Shown in pieces: positions 1 to 8,884 of a stretch of DNA of 32,000 bases. The DNA is taken from positions 180,001-212,000 of the forward strand of contig NZ_FNLK01000012.1 of NCBI RefSeq assembly GCF_900105015.1. Reading direction: 5' to 3'. How positions within the stretch are numbered: position 1 is the stretch's first letter; each line of letters opens with the position of its first letter. The notes beneath the pieces are model-generated. The model did no database searches, was not told the origin of the DNA, and worked only from the letters and a program-made list of their open reading frames with translations. This DNA comes from Schaalia meyeri (GTDB lineage: Bacteria > Actinomycetota > Actinomycetes > Actinomycetales > Actinomycetaceae). The position numbers and the translations under genes were made by a program.

Positions 1-171
1 AACGCAATGAAGGTGCGCACAGCCGCGACTTTTCGTATATTTTAGCTATTCATTACATAATGACTTCCGGTGATCCCTCCGGATATTCCCCGATTGTCCG
101 CCTACAAACGTGACCTTTGGGGAAAAGCACACTAGCATGTCTCGGGTATGCCTCAGCTAGGAGAGTGGCCC

Positions 172-1128
172 ATGGGTGCTCAAGCACCTCAGTGGCTGTT
201 GACGTCTTTCGTTGACGCCATGCAGCAAATCGGCGCGACCGCGACCGAAACAGACCTCAAGAACGAGAGCGCTGACCTCGCGGAGCGCTGGAGCGCGCCC
301 GAACGCCAGATGCACAACCTGCGTCGGCTCATGGGTACGCTCACCCACATCGACGAGATCGCGACCTTAGCACACGATCCGGACATCCTGCGCGTCGCCG
401 CCTGGTACCACGGGGCGTTCCTCAACAAGGCGCTCGAGATCAAGCTCGGCGGATTCCAGGCGAACTTCGCGGCCACCCGCTGCATCGACCACGCGCACAG
501 CCGCCTGACGAGCCTCGGCGTGCCCGACGAGGTCGTGGCCCGTATCGATGAGCTCATCGCCTTCCTCACCCGGCACCGTGCGCCGCGCACCGACTTCGAC
601 GCGCAGGTCCTGGTGGACGCGGACCTGGCATGTCTGTCCTGCAGCCCGCAGGAGTATAAGAAGCTGCGCTCAGCGCTGCGAGCCGAGTTGAGCGAGCTCG
701 ACGACCTGCACTTCGTTAAGGCCCGGCGCGCGCTGGTGAAGAAACTGCTCAGCTACAAGACCATCTACCAATCCCCCCTCGGCTCCGCCTGGGAGGATAC
801 GGCCCGCGCGAATCTCGAGGTCGAACTGGCCCGGCTGGAGCGCGAGAAGGCGCAGCTGAGCGCCGCCGCCCAGGCGGACGAGGCGGACGATGCCGACGAG
901 TCGGACGATGCTGACGAGCCCGCTGAGGACTCGGTCACGACGACCGGCACGCTCATCATCAAGCGCCGCTCCATCAAGAAGCGCACCCCCGTCCAGTCTC
1001 CGGACAACGAAGTTACGTCAACGGGTGTCCTTCCGCGCAAAATCACCGAGGAAACGGACGAGGAAGAGGAGGCGACCTCCTCGCTGGAGTCCGCCGTGGA
1101 GTCCCTGGATCTGCCCGCCTCGAACTAG
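172..1128 (+). CDS. HD-superfamily-like hypothetical protein (COG4339-like) with acidic C-terminal tail
   Basis: ORF 148..1128. ATG 172 is preferred because AGGAG (159-163) lies 8 nt upstream. ATG 148 remains possible, as a TAGCAT -10-like hexamer sits at 133-138. Motifs ERQMHNLRRL, AAWYHGAF and LVDADLACL resemble COG4339-type HD-family proteins as I recall them. The last ~90 aa are D/E/S/T-rich. Confidence 0.6.
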   Translation: MGAQAPQWLLTSFVDAMQQIGATATETDLKNESADLAERWSAPERQMHNLRRLMGTLTHIDEIATLAHDPDILRVAAWYHGAFLNKALEIKLGGFQANFAATRCIDHAHSRLTSLGVPDEVVARIDELIAFLTRHRAPRTDFDAQVLVDADLACLSCSPQEYKKLRSALRAELSELDDLHFVKARRALVKKLLSYKTIYQSPLGSAWEDTARANLEVELARLEREKAQLSAAAQADEADDADESDDADEPAEDSVTTTGTLIIKRRSIKKRTPVQSPDNEVTSTGVLPRKITEETDEEEEATSSLESAVESLDLPASN

Positions 1129-1227
1129 ATGCGCTGCGCGGGTCTGCCCCGGTATCTTGGCACCCTAGTCCCGGCCTTGACGGCGCCGTCAGCCTGACGA
1201 TCACGTGCGCGGCCCGTTTGGCGCCGT

Positions 1228-1470
1228 CCCCGCGCGCGGGATCCCCCTTCTCGTATTCGCTCCTCGTGCACAGGGCTCACTGCTCACTATCGCGGTCGGA
1301 GCGGCGTGTTCGGCGGCGACTCGCACGCTCCCCGTCCGCAGGGGCTCACTGCGAGGAGCATGCGCGTCGCCTCGGGCTCATCCACTCGCTGCCCATCCAC
1401 AGGGGTTCGCTCTGTGTTGCGCCTATCCACAGGCGCCGCCACGCGCCTGGATCCCCCAGCCCCGCGCGCG
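1228..1470. repeat. Repeat-bracketed non-coding segment upstream of the WXG100 gene
   Basis: CCCCGCGCGCG + GGATCCCCC are contiguous at 1228-1247 and recur in swapped order at 1449-1457 and 1460-1470. Read on the opposite strand these also form an imperfect terminal inverted repeat. Internal degenerate repeats are AGGGCTCACTGC (1272-1283), AGGGGCTCACTGC (1340-1352) and CC[C/T]ATCCACAGG (1392-1403, 1422-1433). The ORFs here are Arg/Pro-rich and implausible. Confidence 0.4.
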
Positions 1471-1519
1471 TAGCGTCGGCGTCGACGGACCCATCCGGGG
1501 TCCCACAAAGGAGAACACC

Positions 1520-1816
1520 ATGACCGCATACGCCGTCGACGCCGAACTAATCTCCGTGGCCTCCGCGCAGGCCTGCACGACCGCGTCCACAATCCGCACC
1601 GAAGTCGACACGCTGATGGCCCAGCTGCTCGCCCTCCAGGATTCCTGGACCGGCGGAGCGCAGGTTAATTTCCAGGCGACGATCACCCAGTGGCAGGGGA
1701 TTCAAGCACAGACACACGAAGCCCTCGACACCATTTCCGCGCAGCTGCAAACGGCTGCGGCGACCTATTCGGAGGCGGAAGCACACTCGGCATCACTGTT
1801 CGCGGGAGCCGCGTGA
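1520..1816 (+). CDS. WXG100 family (ESAT-6-like) type VII secretion substrate, 98 aa
   Basis: The internal ATG at 1520 of ORF 1205..1816 is preceded by AAAGGAG (1507-1513). The size is ~100 aa, with a central W-x-G motif (LQDSWTGGAQVNF) and helix-turn-helix-like heptad composition. Confidence 0.85.
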   Translation: MTAYAVDAELISVASAQACTTASTIRTEVDTLMAQLLALQDSWTGGAQVNFQATITQWQGIQAQTHEALDTISAQLQTAAATYSEAEAHSASLFAGAA

Positions 1817-1820
1817 ACGC

Positions 1821-1858
1821 GCTTGGGGGCGGGACTTAAAAGAGTCCCGCCCCCAAGC
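1821..1858. terminator. Bidirectional GC-rich hairpin between convergent WXG100 gene and groEL
   Basis: GCTTGGGGGCGGGACT (1821-1836), loop TAAAAG, AGTCCCGCCCCCAAGC (1843-1858). This is a perfect 16-bp stem. Confidence 0.75.
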
Positions 1859-1881
1859 GAATCAGCACGTAGCCGAGCGGC

Positions 1882-3622
<1,741 letters not shown>

Positions 3623-3630
3623 ATACGATT

Positions 3631-3657
3631 TTGGCACTCGACATCCCAGAGTGCAAG
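3631..3657. promoter_or_regulatory. CIRCE (HrcA operator) copy 2
   Basis: TTGGCACTC-N9-GAGTGCAAG matches the consensus at 15/18. It is in tandem with copy 1, 8 nt apart. Confidence 0.8.
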
Positions 3658-3895
3658 GCGAGTCCACGAACCTGAGCGCGATGCGCTCAGGGCGTAACGC
3701 GATGGACGAGAATGATGAGCGGGGGCGGTAAAAACAGCGCGACGCCCCCATCGGACCACAGCGTTTTCGCCGCGTTTTCTTCACGTCTGCAGGCGGAACA
3801 GGGAACATAGACATCCAGGATGCCGCGTAGCGCTGCGCCGAAAACGGCGCGAGACGGTGGGGAAGAAAGGGGAAAACGAGAGTGAGGGGCGTGAC

Positions 3896-4480
3896 TCAGC
3901 GAAGAATAACGACGATATCGGGGTTGCCGAGCCCGCTCTCCTGACGCACGTTATCGATGCCCAGCCTGGACGCGACGTCCTTCGCCGTGCCCTCCATACG
4001 TGGATCCTCGTAGAACACGGTCGAGGCCTGGGTTGCCCACCCGTCAGCATTCGCCGCGGAGGTTCCCGCATACCCCGCCGCATTCAAAATAGCGGCCTTC
4101 TGACCGGCGTACCCCTGGGCGCCGGTCCCGTTGAGAACGTGGATGACCGCACCGTAATCGGGCTCGGTGGAGGCCGACGGGGAGGAGGAACTCGCAGAAG
4201 GGGTCGGTTCGCTCGCAGACTGGGCGCCAGACGCAGGCTCCTCGCTCGTGCTAGGCGAGGCACTGGGGGTCGTCGACGACGCGCTCTGCGCGGGGCTGAC
4301 CGTCGTGGTCCGCTGGCGTGACAGGGCGGTCGCAGCAGCCCATCCGAGCGCGGGAACGATCACGAGGATGGCTAGGAAAGGCCACACGTTCTTCCACTTC
4401 GAGGGCTTAGGGCGGTGCATGCCGACGGGCATATCCTCGCCGGCACGATCAAATTCATCCCTGGGGTACTGAGAACTCAC
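3896..4480 (-). CDS. LytR_C (LytR cell-envelope-related C-terminal) domain membrane protein, 194 aa
   Basis: N-terminal basic segment plus one TM helix (WPFLAILVIVPALGWAAATAL), then an S/T/P-rich linker. The C-terminal part VIHVLNGTGAQGYAGQKAAILNAAGY...DIVVILR is typical of LytR_C. The start is GTG at 4480. Confidence 0.8.
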   Translation of the reverse strand: MSSQYPRDEFDRAGEDMPVGMHRPKPSKWKNVWPFLAILVIVPALGWAAATALSRQRTTTVSPAQSASSTTPSASPSTSEEPASGAQSASEPTPSASSSSPSASTEPDYGAVIHVLNGTGAQGYAGQKAAILNAAGYAGTSAANADGWATQASTVFYEDPRMEGTAKDVASRLGIDNVRQESGLGNPDIVVILR

Positions 4481-4486
4481 ACACTC

Positions 4487-4492
4487 AGGCTA
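4487..4492 (-). promoter_or_regulatory. -10-like TAGCCT, 6 nt upstream of GTG 4480 (leaderless layout)
   Basis: The minus strand reads TAGCCT-gagtgt-GTG. There is no Shine-Dalgarno sequence in the interval. Confidence 0.45.
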
Positions 4493-4560
4493 TCAGACTA
4501 TCGGAAAAGAGCCCGCGGGGCGCGCGCAGGCGCGAGAATGTGCCCTCGCCCGTGCGGCAC

Positions 4561-4566
4561 TAGGCT
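4561..4566 (+). promoter_or_regulatory. -10-like TAGGCT, 6 nt upstream of ung ATG (leaderless layout)
   Basis: TAGGCT-agcggt-ATG(4573), with no SD. Confidence 0.45.
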
Positions 4567-4572
4567 AGCGGT

Positions 4573-5307
4573 ATGAGTGATTACAATCCCCGTCCATTGT
4601 CCGAGCTCATCGATCCGGGGTGGGTCAGGGCATTGGCCCCCGTCGAGGGGCGCGTACACGAGCTGGGTGCGATGCTGGCCGCCGAGGTGGAGCAGGGCCG
4701 CGGCTACCTGCCCGCTGGCACCGATGTTCTGCGGGCTTTCACCTATCCCTTCGACCGAGTGAAGGTACTGATTGTCGGTCAAGATCCCTATCCGACGCCG
4801 GGACACGCGATGGGCTTGTCGTTTTCGGTGCGTCCAGGCGTACCGTTGCCGAAGTCTCTCGTTAATATCTTTCGCGAGCTCAGCGAGGACACGGGCTGCC
4901 CGCCTCCGGCGTCGGGAGACCTGACGGCGTGGAGCGAGCAGGGGGTGTGCCTGCTCAATAGGGTGCTGACGGTTCGCCCGGGCGCCCCCGCGTCACACCG
5001 CGGCAGGGGGTGGGAGGAAGTCACGCAGTGCGCGATCGACGCGCTGGTGGCCCGCCGTCTAGCCGACGGTTCGCGCGCGCCGCTCGTGGCGATTCTGTGG
5101 GGAAAGGACGCGAATTCGCTGGCGCCTCGCCTGGGGGACACTCCGATTATTTCTTCGGTTCACCCCTCACCGCTGTCCGCGTATCGGGGCTTCTTTGGGT
5201 CGCGTCCCTTTTCGCGCGCAAACGAACTACTGGAGGCACAGGGGGCGGCGGGCATCGAGTGGTCTCGGATCGCCGCGCAGGCCGCCCCGGGGCACCCTCA
5301 CCCGTGA
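4573..5307 (+). CDS. ung: Uracil-DNA glycosylase, family 1, 244 aa
   Basis: [18 protein letters not shown] (water-activating loop), LLNRVLTV, and the HPSPLSA leucine-loop motif. Confidence 0.93.
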   Translation: MSDYNPRPLSELIDPGWVRALAPVEGRVHELGAMLAAEVEQGRGYLPAGTDVLRAFTYPFDRVKVLIVGQDPYPTPGHAMGLSFSVRPGVPLPKSLVNIFRELSEDTGCPPPASGDLTAWSEQGVCLLNRVLTVRPGAPASHRGRGWEEVTQCAIDALVARRLADGSRAPLVAILWGKDANSLAPRLGDTPIISSVHPSPLSAYRGFFGSRPFSRANELLEAQGAAGIEWSRIAAQAAPGHPHP

Positions 5308-5347
5308 GCTCCCCTCCGCGGGCAGCAAGGCCGCCGAGGGGGCGCGG

Positions 5348-5420
5348 AGCCGGCTATCGGACTCGAACCGATGACCTGCTGTTTACAAGACAGCTGCTCT
5401 ACCAACTGAGCTAAGCCGGC
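5348..5420 (-). tRNA. tRNA-Thr (anticodon UGU), 73 nt, no encoded CCA
   Basis: The reverse complement folds as a cloverleaf: GCCGGCT TA GCTC AGTTGGTA GAGC A GCTGT CTTGTAA ACAGC AGGTC ATCGG TTCGAGT CCGAT AGCCGGC T. The anticodon loop is CT-TGT-AA. Confidence 0.9.
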
Positions 5421-5505
5421 GGCGCACACTAGTGTGCCATAGGTTGGGTCGGGCGCGCGCGAGCGAGGCATCGCGCCGGGCCTGGGCCTCGGCCCGGCGC
5501 ACGGA

Positions 5506-5548
5506 CGCCGGTGGGGTGGATCCAGTTTCCAGGCCCACCCCACCGGCG
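5506..5548 (-). terminator. Hairpin downstream of the DsbA-like gene
   Basis: CGCCGGTGGGGTGG (5506-5519) pairs with CCACCCCACCGGCG (5535-5548), a perfect 14-bp stem. A second 9-bp hairpin lies at ~5473-5499. Confidence 0.6.
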
Positions 5549-5555
5549 TTGCGCC

Positions 5556-6488
5556 TCAGTTGGAGCCGGTGGTATCCCCCGAGCCTGAAGATTCGTCCGT
5601 GCCGCTCTGCGAGGGTTCTGTCGCCTCGGGTGTCGGCGTTGCGCCCCCGCTCTGCGAGGCCGAATCGGTGATGCCGTACTCCTTCATGATGCTCTGACGC
5701 AGCGCGGACAGCTGGGTGCCCAGCGGAATGAGCGTCGAGTGGTTTTTGACCAGCTCGGGGGTGCCGATACCCGATTCGCGTCCACTGTAACCCGCGTCCT
5801 TCCAGGCGTTGGTCGCGGTCTCCAGGTAGGATTCGACGGCGTTGACGGGGAAGGTATCGACGACGCTGGAGGGAACTCCGACCTCGGTTGCGATCTGCTT
5901 AACCTGCTTCCACGAGGCGTCAAGGTTCTGGATGACCGTGCCATTCGACGCCTGGAACTGCGTGCGGAAGTAGGCCAGCAGCGCGTGGTGGAAGTCAATC
6001 CACTTGTCGGGAGCCTTCTGGGCGACCACCAGGGAGGCGCCGGTCGCGGGCTTCAGGTAGTCCATGTTGACGGTGATCACCGGCTGGATCTCCAGGTTAA
6101 AGTGCCCCTGGGAGGCCCAGGTGGTCAGGTCCTTCCCCATGGCCACATCCAGATCGGCGCAGGCGTGGCAGGAGTAGTCGAAGTACTCGGTGAGGGTAGG
6201 CGCATTCGGATCGGATTCGCCGACGACGCCGCTCGCGCTGACGGTAATCGGTCGCCCGTCGGCGTAGGGGCCGAGGACCTCGGAAGCGTCAACGTTGCGC
6301 GCGGCATCAATTTGGGCCCGCTGCTTCCAGATGACGGCGCCGACTGCTCCAGCCACTGCCAGGACTATGATGACGACGCAGGCAATGACCGTGATGCGGA
6401 CGCGACGGTCGGCGCGCTCCTGCGCCAGGCGCATCTGTGCGGCCTTGGCGCGCACGGGGTCAACGGGCGGCTTCGTTTTCTGAGCCAT
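5556..6488 (-). CDS. Membrane-anchored DsbA-family thiol:disulfide oxidoreductase, 310 aa
   Basis: N-terminal TM anchor (ITVIACVVIIVLAVAGAVGAVIW), a thioredoxin-fold CxxC motif (YFDYSCHACADLD), and an S/T/G-rich tail. SD GGAAGGTGAG precedes the ATG. Confidence 0.85.
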   Translation of the reverse strand: MAQKTKPPVDPVRAKAAQMRLAQERADRRVRITVIACVVIIVLAVAGAVGAVIWKQRAQIDAARNVDASEVLGPYADGRPITVSASGVVGESDPNAPTLTEYFDYSCHACADLDVAMGKDLTTWASQGHFNLEIQPVITVNMDYLKPATGASLVVAQKAPDKWIDFHHALLAYFRTQFQASNGTVIQNLDASWKQVKQIATEVGVPSSVVDTFPVNAVESYLETATNAWKDAGYSGRESGIGTPELVKNHSTLIPLGTQLSALRQSIMKEYGITDSASQSGGATPTPEATEPSQSGTDESSGSGDTTGSN

Positions 6489-6548
6489 GAACTCACCTTC
6501 CGAAAATAATTGAATATTGTAAGACTACCGAGCGAGACGAAACCTCGC

Positions 6549-8615
6549 CTAGTGCAACAGGCCACCCGTGGCAATCAGCCACGCGCCCACGAGGAAACCC
6601 GCACAGCCTACCGCGAGGAGCGCGCGGCCCCAGGGCGGACGCACGATCGAACGCAGCGAGGTGGCGATGCCGACGCGAAGGTCGGCAGCGAAGGGCATGA
6701 GCCAGGCAGCCAGGATCGTGGCCGCCGCGAGCGCCCAGACGATGATTGCCGCCGTGGGATCGCTCAGCCAGTAGTCGTCGCGCTCGGGGTAAGCGGCGAT
6801 GGCGACGCCGACGGGCCACGACCACAGCACCCTCCCCTCGCGGGAGTACGAGGCGAAAGCCCAGAGGCCGTAGGGAATGAGGCCGCCGACGATGAGGGCC
6901 AGGGAGGTGGTCAGGACCGACCGCAGGAGCAGGATCGGAGACATGGCCAGGACGGCCGCGCCATCGCTGGGCTTGGGACCGCGCAGGAACCGACGCCGCT
7001 CAAGCCACCGGCTCATCGCGCCAACCAGGCCAAAGGCGGTCAACGCGATGCCGACGACCAAAGTGCCCCTGGCCCCAAGCAGGAAAGGCAGGGAGGCCAG
7101 GGCCGCCAGCAACGACGCACCGGATATCCAGGCCCCCCTCCCCCACGACGAGGCCGCGGCATTCCTGCCCTGTCCGTTTCCCTGGGGAAAGGATCCGGCC
7201 GGGGCCCACTGGGGGCCGCCGCCCGCCAGGGGAGCGACAGCGGGCTGCTGGGGATAGGCCTGCCCATACCCGGGGGCCATGCCTGGACCCGGAGCAAAAG
7301 GCGCCTGGCCACCGTACCCGGGGGGAACTCCGGGACCTGGAACGTAAGGCGCCTGCTGCCCGGGGGGAACTCCGGGGCCCGGAGCGTAAGGAACCTGCCC
7401 ATACCCGGGGGAAACTCCGGGACCTGGAATATAAGGCGCCTGCTGCCCGGGGTCATCTCCCTGCGCGTAGGGGGCCATGACCTCCGTGGGTTCTGCGTCA
7501 TCCACGACCGGCCACGTAGCGGTGGGATCGACATGCCAGGGGACCTCTTCGGTGTCCTCGTCCCAGTCATCGCTGCTGTCCGCAATGGCCGCGGTATCAA
7601 CCACGTCGGTACGGTCGCCCTCCGCGGCGAACTCGGAGGCGTCGCGGGGCACACGATCCGGGCAGGAAACCGCACGCGCGCCGTCAGCGACCGGCCGTTG
7701 CCCGTCATCGTCCCATTCGGGCGGAGCGGCGATTTCCTGCGGGTCGGAGTTGATGAACTGGGTGGGCACACCCGTGTCGAGCAACTGAGCCCAGTTGACG
7801 GTCACGTAATCAAGCTCGCCGGGCGCCCATCCGACGGCGCCCATGAGATCCGCGACGACCAGGGAGGGCGAGGGACGGTCGTCGGGGTTGGACGCCAGGC
7901 CACCCGCGAGCGCGTCGGCGACCAGGGGGTGCAGCCCGGCCAGGTCGGGCGCGGCCTCGATGACGCGCAGCATGGTGGCCGACATGTCACCCGCGCCGAA
8001 GGGGGGTCGTCCGGTCGCGCACGAGAGCAGGGTGGCGCACCACGCCCACCAGTCGGATTCCTTGGTCGCTCCCCGCCCCCGGAGCAGTTCGGGCGCCGTG
8101 TACCCCGCCGTTCCAGAGACCAGGCCGGTGCGCGTCAGGTGCTGGTCCGAGGTGGCCATCGCGATGCCAAAGTCGATGAGGACGGGCCCTCTGGGAGAAC
8201 AGATGATGTTGGAGGGCTTGATGTCGCGGTGGATGATGTCAGCGTGGTGCACCGCGGCGATCGTGGAGGCCAGGTGGTAGGACATGGCGGCAACGCCGCG
8301 CAGGGGAACCGGCCCTGAGACGAGGATCTCGGCGAGCGTGGGCCCCTCGACGTACTCCGAGACCACGAAGGGCTGAGACGCCTCGGTTTCGACGTCAACA
8401 ATGTGCGCGACGAAGGGCGAACGCACGGAGTTCACGGTGCGCGTTTCGCGCGCCAAGCGGGCGCGCGACGCCTCGGAGGCCGCCAGCGCCGGATGCATGG
8501 CCTTGAGCGCGACGCGCGCGCCGCCTCCGTCCTCGGCCAACCAGACCGTGCCCGCGCCGCCCGTGCCGAGCCGACGGATCAGCCGGTAGCCGCCCAGTTC
8601 CTCGCCTTCTTCCAC
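6549..8615 (-). CDS. Hanks-type Ser/Thr protein kinase with Pro/Gly-rich repeats and a polytopic C-terminal membrane domain, 688 aa
   Basis: GTGGAGTVWLA...VALK, HRDIKPSNII, DFGIA and GTAGYTAPE. This is followed by an acidic linker, (Q)QAPY(I/V)PGPGVxPGYG repeats, and ~220 aa with about 6 hydrophobic helices. GTG start. Confidence 0.9.
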   Translation of the reverse strand: MEEGEELGGYRLIRRLGTGGAGTVWLAEDGGGARVALKAMHPALAASEASRARLARETRTVNSVRSPFVAHIVDVETEASQPFVVSEYVEGPTLAEILVSGPVPLRGVAAMSYHLASTIAAVHHADIIHRDIKPSNIICSPRGPVLIDFGIAMATSDQHLTRTGLVSGTAGYTAPELLRGRGATKESDWWAWCATLLSCATGRPPFGAGDMSATMLRVIEAAPDLAGLHPLVADALAGGLASNPDDRPSPSLVVADLMGAVGWAPGELDYVTVNWAQLLDTGVPTQFINSDPQEIAAPPEWDDDGQRPVADGARAVSCPDRVPRDASEFAAEGDRTDVVDTAAIADSSDDWDEDTEEVPWHVDPTATWPVVDDAEPTEVMAPYAQGDDPGQQAPYIPGPGVSPGYGQVPYAPGPGVPPGQQAPYVPGPGVPPGYGGQAPFAPGPGMAPGYGQAYPQQPAVAPLAGGGPQWAPAGSFPQGNGQGRNAAASSWGRGAWISGASLLAALASLPFLLGARGTLVVGIALTAFGLVGAMSRWLERRRFLRGPKPSDGAAVLAMSPILLLRSVLTTSLALIVGGLIPYGLWAFASYSREGRVLWSWPVGVAIAAYPERDDYWLSDPTAAIIVWALAAATILAAWLMPFAADLRVGIATSLRSIVRPPWGRALLAVGCAGFLVGAWLIATGGLLH
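7250..7455 (-). repeat. In-frame tandem DNA repeat (~42-45 bp units) encoding the PG-rich repeats of the kinase
   Basis: Units begin with CCCGGGGG(A)AACTCCGGG(A/G)CC at ~7317, 7358 and 7404, with degenerate copies on either side. Confidence 0.8.
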
Positions 8616-8621
8616 GGCTTC

Positions 8622-8627
8622 AGCCTA
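8622..8627 (-). promoter_or_regulatory. -10-like TAGGCT, 6 nt upstream of kinase GTG start (leaderless layout)
   Basis: The minus strand reads TAGGCT-gaagcc-GTG(8615). Confidence 0.4.
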
Positions 8628-8884
8628 CCTGCCCCCACCCCATCTGCGTCCATCCGCGCGACAAACCCGTGCCTCGTGGGGAAATACGCAGGCCAGCAGA
8701 GGCGCCGAGGCCGCCCCGCGATCCATCATCCGAACCGGGTTGTACACATTCACGCGAGCGTGATAACTTCGTCGGTGGTTGCGCGCTCGGAACGATCCGG
8801 GCCGCGACTCCGTGGGCGAAGACGCTCCACGGACGCCCACAATGGATCGTCCGGCACGTACCTGCCGGTGGGAAGGAATTGCAC

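Noticed and set aside
1205-1519. A 105-aa N-terminal extension of the WXG100 ORF (ORF 1205..1816), and overlapping ORFs 1218..1523 and 1287..1592.
   Set aside because: The extension is Arg/Pro/Ala-rich and runs through non-coding repeats. The internal ATG 1520 has a strong SD and gives the canonical ~100-aa WXG100 size.
4742-4795. Extra copies of the CCTATCC core inside ung (4742, 4787), the kinase gene (7250-7256, opposite strand) and upstream of the 403-aa gene (13511-13517).
   Set aside because: A 7-mer is expected several times by chance in 64 kb of two-strand sequence. The coding copies simply encode Tyr-Pro, and only the 16.5-kb cluster is statistically remarkable.
5348-5420. tRNA-Thr as an integration hotspot marking a genomic island.
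   Set aside because: There is no integrase, no duplicated tRNA 3' segment and no compositional break on either side. The neighbours are ung and a DsbA-like gene with normal terminators.
7250-7455. Regularly spaced ~42-45-bp repeats, considered as a CRISPR-like array.
   Set aside because: The units are contiguous with no unique spacers. They lie in frame inside the kinase gene and encode a PG-rich peptide repeat.
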